Source of the DNA: Eukaryota sp. TZLM1-RC
Lineage: Eukaryota; Protista; Metamonada: BaSk clade
DNA: 64,000 nt
Reading direction: 5' to 3'
NCBI GenBank assembly: GCA_040285825.1
Contig: JAUPSS010000003.1
Location: 2,976,001 to 3,040,000 of the forward strand
The position numbers and the translations under genes are program-made. Positions within the stretch are counted from its first letter, which is position 1. Each line of letters starts with the position of its first letter. Positions 61,960-64,000 of the stretch are shown here, piece after piece. The notes beneath the pieces were generated by a model. It ran no database searches. It was given only the letters and a program-made list of their open reading frames with translations, and was not told the DNA's origin.

Positions 61960-62139
61960 CGTTAAATACAATGCTAGACCAATCTACTAGGTATTACATT
62001 GAATGTGATACCGGATACTATGAAATCCTTTTGCTACATATTCACTGGTAAATGACCAAATCTATAGCCATTACGACAGTAGAATGAGACTTTACCGTGG
62101 TATTTTTATTATAATTGTCATATAATGTTACATCATTTA

Positions 62140-62943
62140 AAGTTTTTTAATAACAAAAGAAATAAATGTGTTCTATACCTACCCCATATTCCAAAGCTTC
62201 AATTTCGTGTACTTCAAACCTTCCTCTGCAACCACGATACACAACAGCTCCCAAATTCAGGGAGACAATGTATCCTGAGGAAGATTACAACAGGAACCAA
62301 ATTATAGAGTCTAACAAACTAACAATTGAAAATGCAAACACCGAATTATCCGTGTTTGCTGCCAATTGAGCATCTTTTATAGATTTTTGGAACTTTGTGG
62401 TTGTCAAACTTCGGCAAGTTTTGTTAACAATTGACTATTACAGTCTTGACATGTGGAGCATTCATGAAATGCACGCTTTTATTCATGGGCAAAAGACTGA
62501 AAGTTGGTTGTTGAAAAACCTTGTTCAGCAGTATGGCAACCCAAAAGACACTTTAATACTAATGGGTGATTATGGTTAAAAAAGGTTCCAAGAATTTGAA
62601 ACATCATGGATCTACTCGAGGTTGGATGGATTCAATTTCTGAAAAGAAATGAATATGCAGTATTGATGATTAATGAAGCTTTCACTTCAGCAAAATGTCC
62701 CGTTTGTTTTGAAAAGGTTTCTATGTTTTTGATATTAACAAATCCCAGTTTATATAAGAGGGCAAAGACTCCAGTTACTACTTGTCATGGTTTATTAGCT
62801 TGTAATAGTGAGAGTTGTAAATTCAGTAACAAAGACTCACAAGGCTTTTCATTAGAAATAACCCTGCTTGTCTGAATATGGCTGCAATTGCAGAAGCCAG
62901 AATGAGTGGTAATGGAAGGCTTCAGTATCTGTGTAGTAGATAG
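62140..62943 (+). pseudogene. Fanzor1 relic, family D (C-terminal half)
   Basis: FIHGQKTESWLLKNLVQQYGNPKDTLILMGDYG; INEAFTSAKCPVC; NPSLYKR..CHGLLACNSESC; IRNNPACLNM..GRLQYLCSR*. Confidence 0.88.
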
Positions 62944-63069
62944 TTTTTGTACTTATTTTTTTTAACTGAAATATTTATTGTAATTATTCGGCATGAAAAT
63001 TGATCATTTCGTATAAGGAATTTCCCATATTTAAAAATCTATCGCTTCTATTTGTTTAAATCTGTTCCG

Positions 63070-64000
63070 ATGTCTTCTGCAGCCAAACAACAAGTTGAGT
63101 TTTACTTCTCAGATTCCAACTTTATCAAGGACAAGTTTCTCTTATCATGTGCAGCTTCCAACCCCGAGGGATGGATACCCCTTGCCACCATCAATTCTTT
63201 CAACAGAATGAAGGCCCATGGTCTATCAGATGCTGAACTTGCCGACATCTTGGCCGATTCTGACACTGTTCAAGTCTCTGAAGATAAACTAAGTGTCCGA
63301 CGTATCCATCCTCTCCCTGAAAAAGATACCTCCAAAGAACGCTCAATCCGTGTCAAGCCTCTGCCCAGTGGCTCTACCATTGAATCTGTAACTGAAATGT
63401 TCTCCAAGTTTGGCAAGGTTCTCGCCGCTCGTCTTCGCAAGAACTTTATTAGTAACGAAAACGATGTCGCTATAGTGGAGTTTTCAACTGAAGAAGAAGC
63501 AAAGAAATGTCTAGAAAATAGTTCTGAACTTGGATTTGAAGCCCGTTTCGAAGCCTTCCCGGACTACTTGGAAAGAAAGAAGCAGAAATATGCTGACAGG
63601 AAGGCCAACCGATTAGCCGAGAAGCAGAAAGCCAAAGAAGGAAAGAAAGCATTGGTGGAAAAGGACCAAGATGATGGTGATTTGGAATATGTATCTGGAT
63701 GTGTTTTGAAGATGACAAACTTGCCTGAAACTTGCACCAGAGAGATTTTAGCAGATTTAGTTAGTCCCCATGGTAAAGTGGGATACATTGATTATTCAAA
63801 AGGAAAAACAGAAGCTTTGATCAGATTTAGCAATGTTGAAGTTGAAAATGTGGCACAGAAAGTAATGGAAAAGCTCATGGAGGATGCTGTCAAAATTGGT
63901 GAAAATTTGGTTGATTTTTCGGTTTTGGAAGGTGATGAAGAAGCTCTTTTCTATATTCAAGCTCGTGAACGTAAGGCTGAATTTAGAAAAAGTAGGAAGG
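63070..64000 (+). CDS. La autoantigen homologue (La motif, RRM1, RRM2), cut by the window end
   Basis: QVEFYFSDSNFIKDKFL...EGWIPLATINSFNRMK. The frame is open from ATG 63070 to the end and is absent from the ORF track because it has no stop. Confidence 0.93.
   Translation, partial: MSSAAKQQVEFYFSDSNFIKDKFLLSCAASNPEGWIPLATINSFNRMKAHGLSDAELADILADSDTVQVSEDKLSVRRIHPLPEKDTSKERSIRVKPLPSGSTIESVTEMFSKFGKVLAARLRKNFISNENDVAIVEFSTEEEAKKCLENSSELGFEARFEAFPDYLERKKQKYADRKANRLAEKQKAKEGKKALVEKDQDDGDLEYVSGCVLKMTNLPETCTREILADLVSPHGKVGYIDYSKGKTEALIRFSNVEVENVAQKVMEKLMEDAVKIGENLVDFSVLEGDEEALFYIQARERKAEFRKSRK

Noticed and set aside
63470-63788. Minus-strand ORFs in the ORF track
   Set aside because: They are shadows of the La gene. 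The same applies to short ORFs opposite the transporter, PNC1, RABGGTB and the helicase.

Overview
AT-rich eukaryotic DNA, probably from a protist, read in the standard genetic code. Introns are tiny (26-31 nt) with the branch point fused to the 3' splice site, which suggests a metamonad-like organism (inference, not verified). About a dozen host genes are present: an SDR, an AVT/SLC38-type amino-acid transporter, REV7, nicotinamidase, a probable Nup188/205-type nucleoporin, Rab-GGTase beta, ATG16L, a UvrD helicase-PD-(D/E)XK nuclease fusion, a UBE2G/Ubc7-type E2, La and a few orphans. Four tRNA genes lie on the minus strand: Ala-AGC (degenerate), Glu-TTC, Asp-GTC and Lys-CTT. The genes are separated by transposon graveyards containing: (1) about 20 pieces of several divergent families of restriction-like-endonuclease (CRE-clade-like) non-LTR retrotransposons, one nested with a 14-bp TSD; (2) two miniature pol-less LTR elements, both inserted inside non-LTR elements, with a palindrome where the tRNA primer-binding site should be; (3) hAT and MULE relics; (4) four mutually divergent Fanzor (eukaryotic TnpB-like RNA-guided nuclease) relics plus two fragments. 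The top candidate is the Fanzor at about 40486-41580 (-), followed on the same strand by a ~225-nt densely structured segment (GNRA tetraloops, G-U pairs favouring that strand, pseudoknot potential) that looks like its omegaRNA. All calls were made by eye, and boundaries of decayed elements are approximate.
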